This document shows, one piece after another, positions 30,141-40,250 of a stretch of DNA of 64,000 bases (its first letter is position 1; each line of letters starts with the position of its first letter). The notes below the pieces were generated by a model. It was given only the letters and a program-made list of their open reading frames with translations. It was not told the origin of the DNA and ran no database searches. Source of the DNA: Candidatus Poribacteria bacterium (lineage in GTDB: Bacteria; Poribacteria; WGA-4E; PCPOR2b); NCBI GenBank assembly GCA_965208675.1, contig OZ242351.1, positions 1,664,001-1,728,000 of the forward strand, read 5' to 3'. The position numbers and the translations under genes are program-made.

Positions 30141-32585
30141 TCAATCTGCCAATGACTGCATGAACGAATCTGAACCGAAATTCAGGATGAATGCGGCATA
30201 TTGACTTTCAAATAAATCTTGAAGATAATCGTCTAGTTCGACATTGGAATCGCCAGTGTCCTTTTCCTGCGTGAATTTGTAGTTGCGCTTTTTCGTGATG
30301 GTATAGAGGAAGAGGGTATGGAAATAAACCGAGGCGATATATTTTCGGCTGGCTAAATCAAGCTGTTCTTCATTCGGATTTTTGGGCTTAAAATTCATGA
30401 ACACGGTGCTATCCATATTGACATAGATTTTCTCTAACTTCTCCCCATCAACCATGGGATACATTACAGTGGAATAATCTATTGTTTTTGACGTTGCGTT
30501 TTGCACTTGCTCCCAAGTTACTGTGTTATCCTTTTGTTCTTGATAAGTCAATATCAATTCTGGCAAACCTAAATTGGGAATGTCGATAGTTTCTGGCTTC
30601 TTTGTTTTCTCCTGAGGGGCCTTCGGCTCGCTTATTCTTACCCAAAAGGCTTCAGACTCAAATTCGCCGCTCGGATCGCACAGACTTGCCTGTATTTTTG
30701 CAGCATCTCCCACTTGTGTGGTTTCTTTCGGGTTTAAATGGATTTTTATGGTACCTCGTTCAGGACTACTTCTGTTTATATTGAACATGTTCTCAATTTG
30801 GTCGACTTTCCCAGGGGCATTGCCTCCACTGGAATTGTTCGTTTTGAAACCGAGAATAGCAAGTTTCAATTTACCGGGAGCTTCAATACGGTCAAAATAG
30901 TGATCTTCCACATCCGTATCAAAAAGAATTGTCTTCTCGCCACCAATTGGCACTGCCACCGGTTTATCGGCATCACCTTTGGCCCGTCGCTGAAAAAATG
31001 ATGGAAATCTTTTCGGGTTAAATGGTAGCGGATCTTCTCGCCGCTTGTTTTTGGCCTTGCCCTGACCTTTTTTCGGTTTTCCGTTATTCTGTTGGTCCAA
31101 TTTCAAAGTTTGAGAGAGTAGTTTCATCAGGTCACTATCCATTGGCAGACTCTGCGTTAACGACCTCAGCATGTCTTTTGTATCCTTACTCTCCACCGAT
31201 ATGGATTCTTTTCGGTTCCTCTGAATTTCCGCCAAGCGTCCGTTCTTACCCCCAAGTTTTTCAGCGAGGAATCTTCGCAATTGCCTTGTTTCTTCACCAT
31301 CTTTCAATCGGTCACGAGAAGCCATGGATAACTCTTTACGAAAATTATAGTCCATGTTTGCGCAATCAACATGTATCAGGAGATGCTCCTTGAGCAAATT
31401 CAATTTTAAGGAACGGGTTATGAATTCAGAAGTGTAGTGTCCGTGGACTTGCCCATTAACGGAAAACAGCACAGACATGTTATTCTTAAAAAATTCGCTA
31501 CGAATGACCTCCTTGGTTTCCTTTACGGATCTATCGTCTAGTTTTGTTTTGAAGACATAGCACGTTACTTTCATTTTCCCGAAAAGTTTGTCGTCAAAGT
31601 CTTCAGAAAAATATGTCTCCACATACTTGCTGTCATCCTGTTCTAATCTGCGTTTTAATCCGTATAAAGCCCTTTGCAAAGCACGATCGTGAGGATATCG
31701 TTTTTCCTTATCAACAGTAATCACCGGCAGAGTCGGTTCAAAGAGATATTCATTTATACTTCGGTTCAAGTCCCTCGAAATGACCGAGCGAATTCCCTTT
31801 GGCAGATCGTAGGAGTAGAGTTTGATTACGGTGCCAGTGCGGAAAACCCTATTGTTCAAGCCAAGGTTCTGTTGCTCGGAGCGAAAAGACGGAATTGTCC
31901 CATTAATTTTCAAGAATTCGTACCACGTATTCTTCTTGGTTTTCTTCTCCTGCGCACTGAGAGGATGTTGTCGAATAAGCGTGAATCCAAATTTACCCGT
32001 GTTGTCGTATCTCTTGGAACCGATTAACTGGTACCGCTTTTTACCACAGAACACAATTGCGCCGCTACCACCCATATTGTATTTGCCTTGCACAAAATGG
32101 ATTTCATTTTTGTTGCCGTGCAACAAAGACATAAAAGTGTTCTTGAAGTCTTCTGGATGTTGCCCCTCGCCATCGTCATAAACAATCAGCGACGTATTTA
32201 ACTTGGGACCATCGGCAATGATTTGGATGCTTTCGGATTGTTTTCTTCTCGCAGTAGGCAAATCCCAATCTTTGTGATTCTCGAAAAATTTTGATCTTGC
32301 TTCTTCCATGGATTTTGGTGCGTGATCGGATTTCGGATCAATGCCGGCTTCAAGACATTTCTTCATCAAAACAGCGTCAATTGAGTTTGTAATCTTCTCT
32401 ATTAGCGCGGCTATTGGAGTTGATTGCTGGTTTTCTATAACACCGAAGTTATTGTCGTTGGCCCCAAGCGGAGACCAATTTTTCTGCTGGAAATAATCAG
32501 GGTAATTTCGGATGACTTTGTCAACCTCGCTTTCAGTCTGAGCAAAGTATAATTTCTCAAAAAGACTCTTCATTGTTAGTTTCAT
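30141..32585 (-). CDS. 814-aa GHKL (HATPase/MORC-like) ATPase with uncharacterised C-terminal half
   Basis: IEKITNSIDA (motif I), YDDGEG (II), QGKYNMGG (III), TGTVIKL (IV). Confidence 0.75.
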   Translation of the reverse strand: MKLTMKSLFEKLYFAQTESEVDKVIRNYPDYFQQKNWSPLGANDNNFGVIENQQSTPIAALIEKITNSIDAVLMKKCLEAGIDPKSDHAPKSMEEARSKFFENHKDWDLPTARRKQSESIQIIADGPKLNTSLIVYDDGEGQHPEDFKNTFMSLLHGNKNEIHFVQGKYNMGGSGAIVFCGKKRYQLIGSKRYDNTGKFGFTLIRQHPLSAQEKKTKKNTWYEFLKINGTIPSFRSEQQNLGLNNRVFRTGTVIKLYSYDLPKGIRSVISRDLNRSINEYLFEPTLPVITVDKEKRYPHDRALQRALYGLKRRLEQDDSKYVETYFSEDFDDKLFGKMKVTCYVFKTKLDDRSVKETKEVIRSEFFKNNMSVLFSVNGQVHGHYTSEFITRSLKLNLLKEHLLIHVDCANMDYNFRKELSMASRDRLKDGEETRQLRRFLAEKLGGKNGRLAEIQRNRKESISVESKDTKDMLRSLTQSLPMDSDLMKLLSQTLKLDQQNNGKPKKGQGKAKNKRREDPLPFNPKRFPSFFQRRAKGDADKPVAVPIGGEKTILFDTDVEDHYFDRIEAPGKLKLAILGFKTNNSSGGNAPGKVDQIENMFNINRSSPERGTIKIHLNPKETTQVGDAAKIQASLCDPSGEFESEAFWVRISEPKAPQEKTKKPETIDIPNLGLPELILTYQEQKDNTVTWEQVQNATSKTIDYSTVMYPMVDGEKLEKIYVNMDSTVFMNFKPKNPNEEQLDLASRKYIASVYFHTLFLYTITKKRNYKFTQEKDTGDSNVELDDYLQDLFESQYAAFILNFGSDSFMQSLAD

Positions 32586-32623
32586 AAAGCAAGCCTCTTA
32601 AAACGGATGAATTAGAAATCGGG

Positions 32624-33868
32624 TCATGTAACACCTTTATTTGCATTGCATTTTTTACAGAGTGCTTGCCCATTATCAACAGTTGTTTCTCCGCCCTTGC
32701 TATGAGGCGTGATATGGTCAGCTTCCATTTGATCAAACTCGATTTTCTTTTCGCATATCTGACAAGTCTCATTAGCCCGGTGCCAAATTACAAACCGTTC
32801 GTCGGTGTTAAAGGCACGCTGAGGATCTTTCGGCATTAGATCTTGAGAATCTCTGATAAATCGTCTTTTATACACCTCATGTCGCTTTTCAATGTTCTGT
32901 CTCACACCTGCTGAGCGAATAAATGCCTCAATATAATCATATAAATCTCTATCCCAATAGTTTTTGCCAGAAGAAAGCAACTCAGTGGGATCGGGCATAG
33001 CCGCCCGTCTTTCCTTTTCAAAGGCAACATAGAAATCTGCAAAATCCTCCTCTCGCCCGCCGATTACATAAGATTCATCCATTTTTGAAATCAACCAGTA
33101 AAAGTCCACGAAGCCCCACTTAATATCCATTTCACGCGGGCGATTCTTGAGTACTCTTGCCATGTATGCTAGATGACGTTTAACTCTTTTCGCAATACGC
33201 CCGTTGCTGGCAAAGTCCTGATTATCATTGTACATTTTTTTGAGGCTAGGAGCCTTAACATCCGTTGGGCCTTCCGCCATCTCCAAGCATGTTGCTATTG
33301 CGGCCAAGTCATGCCAGCCAAATCTCTTTTCAGAAAGAAAGGTTAATGGAAAAACACGCTCATTCTGCCCCAAGTTCGCTATGAAATCTCGTATATTGCC
33401 CGGCATAGCGTTTCGTTTCTCTACAGGGTTAAGAGTGAGTCCTTCCTGCAATCTTAAAAAAAGATCGCGTATTTCTAATTCTGACGCGTCTTCCACCTCG
33501 ACTAAACTAAGATCGAATAATCCAATCCGATCCTGCGCACCACTTTGCAAATCCAAGAATTTCTGACCTGATAAATCGCCAAAATCGGGAATATCTTTTG
33601 ATGTATCGCCTAACATATACTGATTGTCATAAAAATCCCAGATAGCACGGAGTCTCTGTTGCCCATCAACAACCTCGTGCTCATATTCGGAATCAGATTT
33701 GCGTAGGTAGAACTTCGGCATATCATATTGCCTAAGAATTGAGTCAATGAGAAGTTGCTTTTTCGTCTCACTCCAAACCGGGGTTCGTTGATATTGCGGT
33801 TTAGGGTTTATCCGTGGTTTCCTTCTTACGACTGTTTCAATCGTCCAATATAGTGGTCGAGTCTTCAT
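32624..33868 (-). CDS. DUF262 (GmrS/ParB-like NTPase)-HNH endonuclease fusion
   Basis: PQYQR..VW, VVDGQQRL, LFLRLQ; C-terminal CQIC...ADHITPHSKGG..N...LCKKCN. Confidence 0.9.
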   Translation of the reverse strand: MKTRPLYWTIETVVRRKPRINPKPQYQRTPVWSETKKQLLIDSILRQYDMPKFYLRKSDSEYEHEVVDGQQRLRAIWDFYDNQYMLGDTSKDIPDFGDLSGQKFLDLQSGAQDRIGLFDLSLVEVEDASELEIRDLFLRLQEGLTLNPVEKRNAMPGNIRDFIANLGQNERVFPLTFLSEKRFGWHDLAAIATCLEMAEGPTDVKAPSLKKMYNDNQDFASNGRIAKRVKRHLAYMARVLKNRPREMDIKWGFVDFYWLISKMDESYVIGGREEDFADFYVAFEKERRAAMPDPTELLSSGKNYWDRDLYDYIEAFIRSAGVRQNIEKRHEVYKRRFIRDSQDLMPKDPQRAFNTDERFVIWHRANETCQICEKKIEFDQMEADHITPHSKGGETTVDNGQALCKKCNANKGVT

Positions 33869-33916
33869 AAATCATATACCCCCAATCATATAAATGGCCC
33901 TTGTGCAATAGAAGAA

Positions 33917-34750
33917 TCACAACTCACATATCAGGCACGGCTCCTCGTCATCCTCGTCATCAAGGACATCACCAAAAATTTCATGCAACGTACGATTTGG
34001 CTGGGCTGCTTTCGCTCGCGCCATGGCTTTGCCGTAGTTTTCTTTGATTTGCTTGATTCTTTCAGCTTCTGAAAGTTCTGTCAAGCTCTCGCCTTGACTC
34101 CAGGTGAATCTCTCACCCGTTTCGTCGTTAAACTTCTCGTAACCCTTAGCGAGTTCAAATAGGTCGGGGTGATTCTCCATTAACCCAACCCATTCGGCTT
34201 TGCGTTGGTAGAAGCAGAAGTAGCACCCGGAGCGGGTTCTCCATTTGTAGTATTCCGGTAAACCGAGACCGCTTTCCTCTAATATCCGATAGACATCAGT
34301 TTCGGTAATACCGTCCTCTTTGAAAGGATATTTGGGTTCAATGTTCCGGAGTGCAAGGGTCTTTAGGGGTTTGTAACCGACACGGTCTTCGTCGGCGCGG
34401 ATGGCGACGTAGTTGTAAGCGAAATCATCGCCGACAAATTCCTCAAAGGGTTTAATTTTGAGCAGGCGTGTACACCAGCGCACCTGAGCCGATGGCAGCA
34501 GTCCGCCGAATACCGAGAGCCAATGGTCGAATTCGCGCTCGGCGTTAAGGCGTTCAACCTTCTTGCCCAGAAACGCTTCCAACCGATCGAGAAATTCGTA
34601 AGTCTCCGGTAGTTCTTTTCCGGTGTCGCAGAATGCGTATTCCATATCCGGTACTTTGTCCCGCATGTATACTGCGAGTGCGGAGCTATCTTTGCCGCCG
34701 GAGAGGCCGAGGATGTGGCGTCTGGTTTGTTCTGTGGAATCGTTTATCAT
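33917..34750 (-). CDS. PAPS-reductase-fold protein (SspD/DndC-like)
   Basis: PP-loop SGGKDS, RWCT, RSGCYFC, C-terminal CLIC; defence context rather than cys operon. Confidence 0.88.
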   Translation of the reverse strand: MINDSTEQTRRHILGLSGGKDSSALAVYMRDKVPDMEYAFCDTGKELPETYEFLDRLEAFLGKKVERLNAEREFDHWLSVFGGLLPSAQVRWCTRLLKIKPFEEFVGDDFAYNYVAIRADEDRVGYKPLKTLALRNIEPKYPFKEDGITETDVYRILEESGLGLPEYYKWRTRSGCYFCFYQRKAEWVGLMENHPDLFELAKGYEKFNDETGERFTWSQGESLTELSEAERIKQIKENYGKAMARAKAAQPNRTLHEIFGDVLDDEDDEEPCLICEL

Positions 34751-34871
34751 TGGTTTGTTCTCTGCTATTTACGCAGTTGTCGCGGTTAAACTCCCAAAAC
34801 CCCCTTGTTAAGGCTTACTAATACCCACAAGTCACTGGAGGTAGATTGGTCTATGTTGGTGCTAAGCTCCC

Positions 34872-35131
34872 GTAGGTTGGGTTGAGCGGTGTTAACGAAC
34901 CAACGCATGAATGCCGCGTGCATTACGTGTTTTGATTGCGTTCAAAATTTGAACTGATGAAGCGTAACCCAACGTTTTTTGTTAAATGGGCAGTGTATCT
35001 TTGACCGATGGTGCCAGTATACGAAAAGCGTTGGGTTACGCTCCACGAAATCTGCCAGCCACGTCGTACAGAAATCAGAACAAATCTTGACGCAGCATTG
35101 CTTTTGGGGTTTCCCGCTTAACCCAACCTAC
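34872..35131. repeat. Complete GTAG-family REPIN
   Basis: Outer IR GTAGGTTGGGTTGAGCGG / CCGCTTAACCCAACCTAC; inner IR AGCGTAACCCAACG (34961) / CGTTGGGTTACGCT (35029). Confidence 0.85.
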
Positions 35132-35368
35132 AAGAACTAATCGTTGCCTTGTAGCCCCAGCGGGGCGGCATGTGTATAGCAACGCCGCAATTCTACACCT
35201 TCAAGCCCCATCGTGGGATCAAGCGAGCGGATAGCGAGTGCGATAGAAATCCTCAAGGTATATAAGTTCAGTCTCTGGCATCTTGCCCAATGCTTAACCC
35301 ATAGCCGAAGAATTGATTGAACTGCGTAAGCCCTAATTGTATCATGAGGAGATAGGATCTTCAAACCC

Positions 35369-35635
35369 CTAGTTACATGCGTTCTGGCTGGCTTGTTCAT
35401 ACATTTGGAAATCAACACCGAAGGGAAGTGTGATGTCTGCTTCCTGTTTGGCGAAGTGATGCGAAAAATCAATGATTGTAAAGCCGATTAACCGTTTGGT
35501 TTCGGGATCAAGACGCAGAATCACATCTTCGGAGTACTCAACATAGTCTGTGAATTCCGGTGTCCCACAAGTGACATACAGAACGTCGGCTTCTCGGTCA
35601 TAAAAGATTTTCATGCTGTCTTTGTTTCTAATCAT
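35369..35635 (-). CDS. DUF2283 family protein (TA-associated)
   Basis: KIFYDREADVLYV...VILRLD....IGFTIIDFS. Confidence 0.8.
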   Translation of the reverse strand: MIRNKDSMKIFYDREADVLYVTCGTPEFTDYVEYSEDVILRLDPETKRLIGFTIIDFSHHFAKQEADITLPFGVDFQMYEQASQNACN

Positions 35636-35745
35636 GTTATCCGCTTTTCGTTAGAATTCACTCAGGTATATGGAAGATGACCGCTCCGTGAATTCGAGCA
35701 ATTTTCCTTTCAGTTGTAATTTACTGAAGAAGGAATCGACCGATT

Positions 35746-35787
35746 GATAATCGAGGCTAGGAAGCCTCTCCTACAAACCAATGAGTA
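35746..35787 (+). repeat. Dispersed REP-like family GATAATCGAGGCTAGGAAGCCTCTCC
   Basis: Related copies at 45411-45452, 47013-47042 (full hairpin 46991-47042) and 49009-49047. Confidence 0.8.
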
Positions 35788-35820
35788 AATGTATAATTTT
35801 GGTTGCGATGGCTTTACATG

Positions 35821-36057
35821 TCAAGCTTTATCCTCAGGATCAGGAAGTACCTCTCTGTTTGCTTTGGTCGCTCGAATCAGAATCCGCAGTGCCTCATTCA
35901 CAGATGCCACGTCTGGAAACACCGGGGCAACATCAGGTTCTAGCTGTAAAACAAGCCTACCAGAGTGCTTTCGCTCAGGTCCCATCTTCCTCACTTGCAG
36001 GTCACTCAAGTGATATTCCGGTCGAAGTTTATCTTGCATTGTGCTCTTACCTGCCAT
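35821..36057 (-). CDS. Small antitoxin-like protein (BrnA-like), orphan
   Basis: LRPEY...LEPDVAPVFPD.ASVNEALR motif; ATG 4 nt after the ATPase stop. Confidence 0.7.
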   Translation of the reverse strand: MAGKSTMQDKLRPEYHLSDLQVRKMGPERKHSGRLVLQLEPDVAPVFPDVASVNEALRILIRATKANREVLPDPEDKA

Positions 36058-36061
36058 TAAT

Positions 36062-39000
36062 TTATTCTTTCGCTGTCTGGTCTTCAATTTGCTCCATCAA
36101 TTTTCTTGAGATTCGCGCAAGAACGGCGAGGCGAAGTTCTGCATCTCCATCGGCATCATAGGCGTCGAAAACTCTCTCAATTACGCGTTCGATGTATTTC
36201 GCTTGTTCCTCGGCGGTCGGAGGTATTGATATGACACGTTCTTGCTCCTTTGCTGTGAGCGTGGTGATGCCGACGCGCATGACTTCCCCTGCGCTATCCG
36301 CAAATCCATCGGATTGGTTGTGCCGCTCAAATGATACGACTTCAAAGTGGTGAAACTTCCGTGCAAGTTCGGAGAGGTTCATCTCGAACTGGGTTGTATC
36401 GGAATCGTTCCACGATGCCGGAGGCTTTTGGACTATATAGGTGCCGATGGCTTCAAGCCAGTTCTTGAAATCAAGTTCACCATCACAGACTCGAATAAGA
36501 AAACCCTTGAGTTTTGTCTCAATGGTTAACTCCAGCAGCGGTTCGGCTCGCCTATTGAGTTCCACCTGAATCGTCTCGGTGGATCCTTTCAAAGAGAATG
36601 CTGAAGCAAGGAGTTGTGCGAGCGAAGTCAATAAGTCGTCATAAGCCCGATTTAGCTCAGACAATACTCTGCGCAATGTATTGAAAAATTTGCCAACAGT
36701 CGTGGAGTCCATTTCTTCGTACGGACCAAACGCATCAAACCCGAGTGCTTGAGGCAATTGAACGAACAGAAGTGTGTCCGGTTCTCGCGCATCGCTTACG
36801 GTTTTCCGCAATTCGATTGCTTCGCGGCTCAGTTCGTGAGTGAGCATCGTGTACCGCGGCAGCTTGGCGACGAAACGGACGAGCGGCTTAACGACAGCTA
36901 ACAGGTTCGGTTGCCCGGTTGTGGGCGTCGGCTGCGAAAGCAGTCCCAAGAATTGCGTGAACACGTCAGATCGAAGTCCTGTCATTCGAAATCGCTTGAG
37001 TTCAAATTTTTCCGGCGACTTGATTAGCCGCTCAAAAACTGCGGACGAGATGTCCGTGACAAAGGAACCATCTTCATAGAGTGCGATTTCGGATTCGTAA
37101 TGCAGCAAAACTGCGCACAGCAGGATAGGTACGGGGCCATTTCGCAGACCGATTGGAGGTTTTTCTAAGCGGTGGTAGAGGTTTGAGATTCGTTGACGCT
37201 CTAACTCACATTCGTCAAGAAACGTCTCAATGGCTGACCACGCAAAAGAGATGCCGCCTCGTTCGTCAATTCTTGGTGGATGAAATCCCCATTCACCAGA
37301 CTCTTTGCGATGTATACCGGTGTCCGATAGTAGTGAGAGGTAAACGCTCAACTCGGGAGGATAGCCCTCAATGCCGAGGTTTGCTTGATTTGCGGATTCA
37401 AGCATTGCGGCGATGAGCATTCTTCGCGCGCGTGCGGCGGAATGAGACAGACGTCGTTGATTGATGAGTTCGTTACGGATGATTGGCGCCTTGTCGTACA
37501 CAGTATCGCAAATCCTAGAGAGGTATTCATTCAACTCTCGCCTCGTCGCTACCTGTACGGCATTGCCGCGATAATACCAAGTACATTTTCCTCCGTCCTG
37601 TACGGCGATGTTTGAACCGAAGAGGGATGTCAACTGGTCAGATACGGCTCGTTCTGCCTCCGTTGTGCGCGCCTCAAGTTCTCGCCGCGCCGTGGCGTCG
37701 CCATCAAGTTCGGGTGTTTTATCTTTAACCCAGCGCAAACGCGCTAGTTCAACGACAGCCTTCTGCAGGGGACCGATAGAATGAGGAATCGCGACGATTA
37801 CATCGTTTCGATTGGCGACGGATGCGTTGGCTGCTTTCTTCGCGAGTGTCTCGGCTTCAGATTCGCTTACTGGAAGCGTGTAGAGAATTAAACCGTCGGC
37901 ATCGTCTAATGGTGCATTAAGATCTGATTCAAACCGTCCAACATCAGTGTATCGAACCACGAAATACCGCAACGTCCCGGTCAAATGGAGATGCCGTCGG
38001 GCAATGAGGGGTCGGGGCGGCAGCAGCGACGCAATGGTGGACGCCAATCCTTGATTTAAGTCAAACTGCGCAGCGGCTTCGGCGAGGCGCGATTCAATGT
38101 CGATGTCGCTTCCTTCCCAGAGGGCGAAGGCGTCGTTATACCGGCGGTAAATCGAGATTGACCGCTTTACCAATGCTGACAGGGCGTGCTCAAATTCTTG
38201 AGAGAAAGTATGCGTGCCATCGTCAAGCGCATATTTGAGTAGGGGTTTTGAGCACTTCAGATTTGCGCTCACCTCCCCGACGACGCCGAGCAGACCGATT
38301 GTTTTTATAAGTTTCACAGTCATCGGCGACGGGTTCGGCAATCGCGAGATTGCGGCTGCAATTCCCGCCCACTTTTTACCCTCGCTAGCGGTATACAGGC
38401 GGTTCCCAAGGGCGATGTTGATATAGTCGTACAAATCGGGGAGCGAAAAGAGCGGCAACCGGTTGCCGTCGTATGCATGGGTTACAAGAAAATCTTGTAG
38501 TCCGTGGGGTTCGGCGGAGTTTAGCAGGGCGAACAAGGAGCGTTCGTTTTGCGCGAATCGGCGGAAAAGTGAACCGACCATGAGTGCGACAGTCGGGTGA
38601 AGCGGCAGACAGTTTTCAAGGATTTGTAGAAATTCAGAGGTAGTAAGCTGGCGCGGTTTGAGTTCTAAATCTACCGAATCGGTGAGAAAGCTACGTGTGT
38701 TATCTAGAACCTGCGGTGGAGTGACATCTCTTTCAATCGCGTTCCCAATCAGGCGGAGCACCTGTTCTGCCGGTTCCATGAAGGCGACATCCTCGAAACG
38801 GCCTTGAATTTTCGCCCACTCCTCGCGTTGGGAATTTCCCATTCGCTGTGCGTAATGTTCAAAGGCTTGATGAAGGATTGTCAGTAGGAATAGGGGGGTT
38901 CCTTCGCTTCTCGCCGCAAATTCTGCGAGGCTCTGCAGGACGAACACGTCCCCTTGGGACGGGTGTTGCGCCGCATATTCGAGGAACTTGCCAAGCTCAT

Positions 39001-39607
39001 CGACGACGAGTATCAGCCCAGCGCCGCCTGCCGCGCCAATCTGTAGCGTTGCCGATTCAAAAAGATCTGTGATTTCGGACGCGGCGGCAGGAGTTCCGTT
39101 AGCCCCGGCGTCCAAGCATTCTTCGACCTCGGAGACTAGGGCACGAATCTCTGAGCTATTGCTGTCGAATTGGGCGAGACCTTTTGCTAGGCCACGCAGC
39201 AAACTGGTTGTGATGGGGGCACGTTCGCCGGAGATAAGGACAGGACAGAAACCTCGCTCCCTCTGCCGTCTGGCACGCACCTCGTCGAACCGATCGCATA
39301 GGACGATATCCCCGCGTTCTAGCAGATTCAGTGCACCTTGGGTGGACGGTGAATGCGGGTCTCCGAGCAGTTTGGCGGCAAAAAGCGCGAATGCGGATTT
39401 TCCCGAGCCGTAGGGGCCCGTAAGGGACCAGGCTTTGGTCTCGGCGCTGTTCTCAAGTGCGGAAATCAGACGCCGCAGTGTTTCGCGTGCGGTGACGGTT
39501 ACGACGTAGCCATCAAGCGAGTTTTCGGCATAGAAGTCGCGTTCAAGGTGAACCGATCGGCGAAATCGCCCGGTGACCTGAAAGAACTCGGAGAGTGGTT
39601 TGTTCAT
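36062..39607 (-). CDS. Large P-loop ATPase, SspC/BrxC-like
   Basis: RSVHLERD, Walker A GPYGSGKS, Walker B LILVVDELGKF, KIQGRF, PLHP, QNERSLF; 1181 aa. Confidence 0.85.
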   Translation of the reverse strand: MNKPLSEFFQVTGRFRRSVHLERDFYAENSLDGYVVTVTARETLRRLISALENSAETKAWSLTGPYGSGKSAFALFAAKLLGDPHSPSTQGALNLLERGDIVLCDRFDEVRARRQRERGFCPVLISGERAPITTSLLRGLAKGLAQFDSNSSEIRALVSEVEECLDAGANGTPAAASEITDLFESATLQIGAAGGAGLILVVDELGKFLEYAAQHPSQGDVFVLQSLAEFAARSEGTPLFLLTILHQAFEHYAQRMGNSQREEWAKIQGRFEDVAFMEPAEQVLRLIGNAIERDVTPPQVLDNTRSFLTDSVDLELKPRQLTTSEFLQILENCLPLHPTVALMVGSLFRRFAQNERSLFALLNSAEPHGLQDFLVTHAYDGNRLPLFSLPDLYDYINIALGNRLYTASEGKKWAGIAAAISRLPNPSPMTVKLIKTIGLLGVVGEVSANLKCSKPLLKYALDDGTHTFSQEFEHALSALVKRSISIYRRYNDAFALWEGSDIDIESRLAEAAAQFDLNQGLASTIASLLPPRPLIARRHLHLTGTLRYFVVRYTDVGRFESDLNAPLDDADGLILYTLPVSESEAETLAKKAANASVANRNDVIVAIPHSIGPLQKAVVELARLRWVKDKTPELDGDATARRELEARTTEAERAVSDQLTSLFGSNIAVQDGGKCTWYYRGNAVQVATRRELNEYLSRICDTVYDKAPIIRNELINQRRLSHSAARARRMLIAAMLESANQANLGIEGYPPELSVYLSLLSDTGIHRKESGEWGFHPPRIDERGGISFAWSAIETFLDECELERQRISNLYHRLEKPPIGLRNGPVPILLCAVLLHYESEIALYEDGSFVTDISSAVFERLIKSPEKFELKRFRMTGLRSDVFTQFLGLLSQPTPTTGQPNLLAVVKPLVRFVAKLPRYTMLTHELSREAIELRKTVSDAREPDTLLFVQLPQALGFDAFGPYEEMDSTTVGKFFNTLRRVLSELNRAYDDLLTSLAQLLASAFSLKGSTETIQVELNRRAEPLLELTIETKLKGFLIRVCDGELDFKNWLEAIGTYIVQKPPASWNDSDTTQFEMNLSELARKFHHFEVVSFERHNQSDGFADSAGEVMRVGITTLTAKEQERVISIPPTAEEQAKYIERVIERVFDAYDADGDAELRLAVLARISRKLMEQIEDQTAKE

Positions 39608-39644
39608 AGTGGTTAGCAGGTAGTGTAGAGTTTATGCCTTTAAT

Positions 39645-39765
39645 TATAGTCACTGCAATTAAAAATTACACATATGAATCCAATCAAAAACGGGTGTTAA
39701 CCCCCCTAGCCCCCCTTATCAGGGGGGTATGGGAATTTGTGTAAATTTCAATGTAAATGGCTATA
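39645..39765. mobile_element. 121-bp MITE-like element with TA ends
   Basis: 28-bp imperfect terminal IRs (21/28 by hand alignment) TATAGTCACT...TTACACA / TGTGTAA...GGCTATA; degenerate sister copy at 46640-46757. Confidence 0.7.
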
Positions 39766-39960
39766 TTACCCACGTCTCAATGGTTGTGTATCATGCTTTT
39801 CAGAAACAGCGATTTATCGGAAATATCCACATACCGCTCCGCTGGAAGCGAGAGTGATAATCTCCGGAAGACTATCGCCCTCGTTATTCACTCGATTGAT
39901 CCTTCCCTATTCGGTCAGTTGATCCTCCTTGGTAAGGAGGGGAATAAAACAGAAAAATTC

Positions 39961-40043
39961 TCCCCCTTGCCAAGGGGGAGTTAGAGGGGGTCTGTCAAAT
40001 CGTCGATTCAACCTCCCCTAACCCCTCCTTGGTAAGGAGGGGA
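39961..40043. repeat. 83-bp G/C-run double-hairpin dispersed repeat
   Basis: CCCCCTTGCCAAGGGGG and CCCCTCCTTGGTAAGGAGGGG hairpins; inverted copy at 22449-22531, partial copies at 39924 and 46881. Confidence 0.8.
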
Positions 40044-40092
40044 ATGATTATTGATAGAACCGACAAGGCGTTCCTAGTGTAGGAGCGGTATG

Positions 40093-40242
40093 CTACGCCA
40101 CAGGATCTTCGTCAAGCGACTCAGCCGTTATTTCGTTGATTTGAAGTGTTTGAACCCTCATTCGTGCACGCTCTGATACTTCCTCGAGTATCCCCTCTTC
40201 GCGGAGAAAATCATCGAAGTTACTACCGCTATACTTGTTCAT
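40093..40242 (-). pseudogene. N-terminal fragment of an XRE-family antitoxin/regulator (HTH missing)
   Basis: MNKYSGSNFDDFLREEGILEEV is the typical N-terminus of this family; only 49 aa. Confidence 0.6.
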
Positions 40243-40250
40243 CCGAAAAC

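Noticed and set aside
33917-34750. cysH sulfate-assimilation gene
   Set aside because: It lacks the ECGLH end and any cys neighbours; the SGGKDS/RWCT/GCxxC motifs and context fit DndC/SspD-like proteins.
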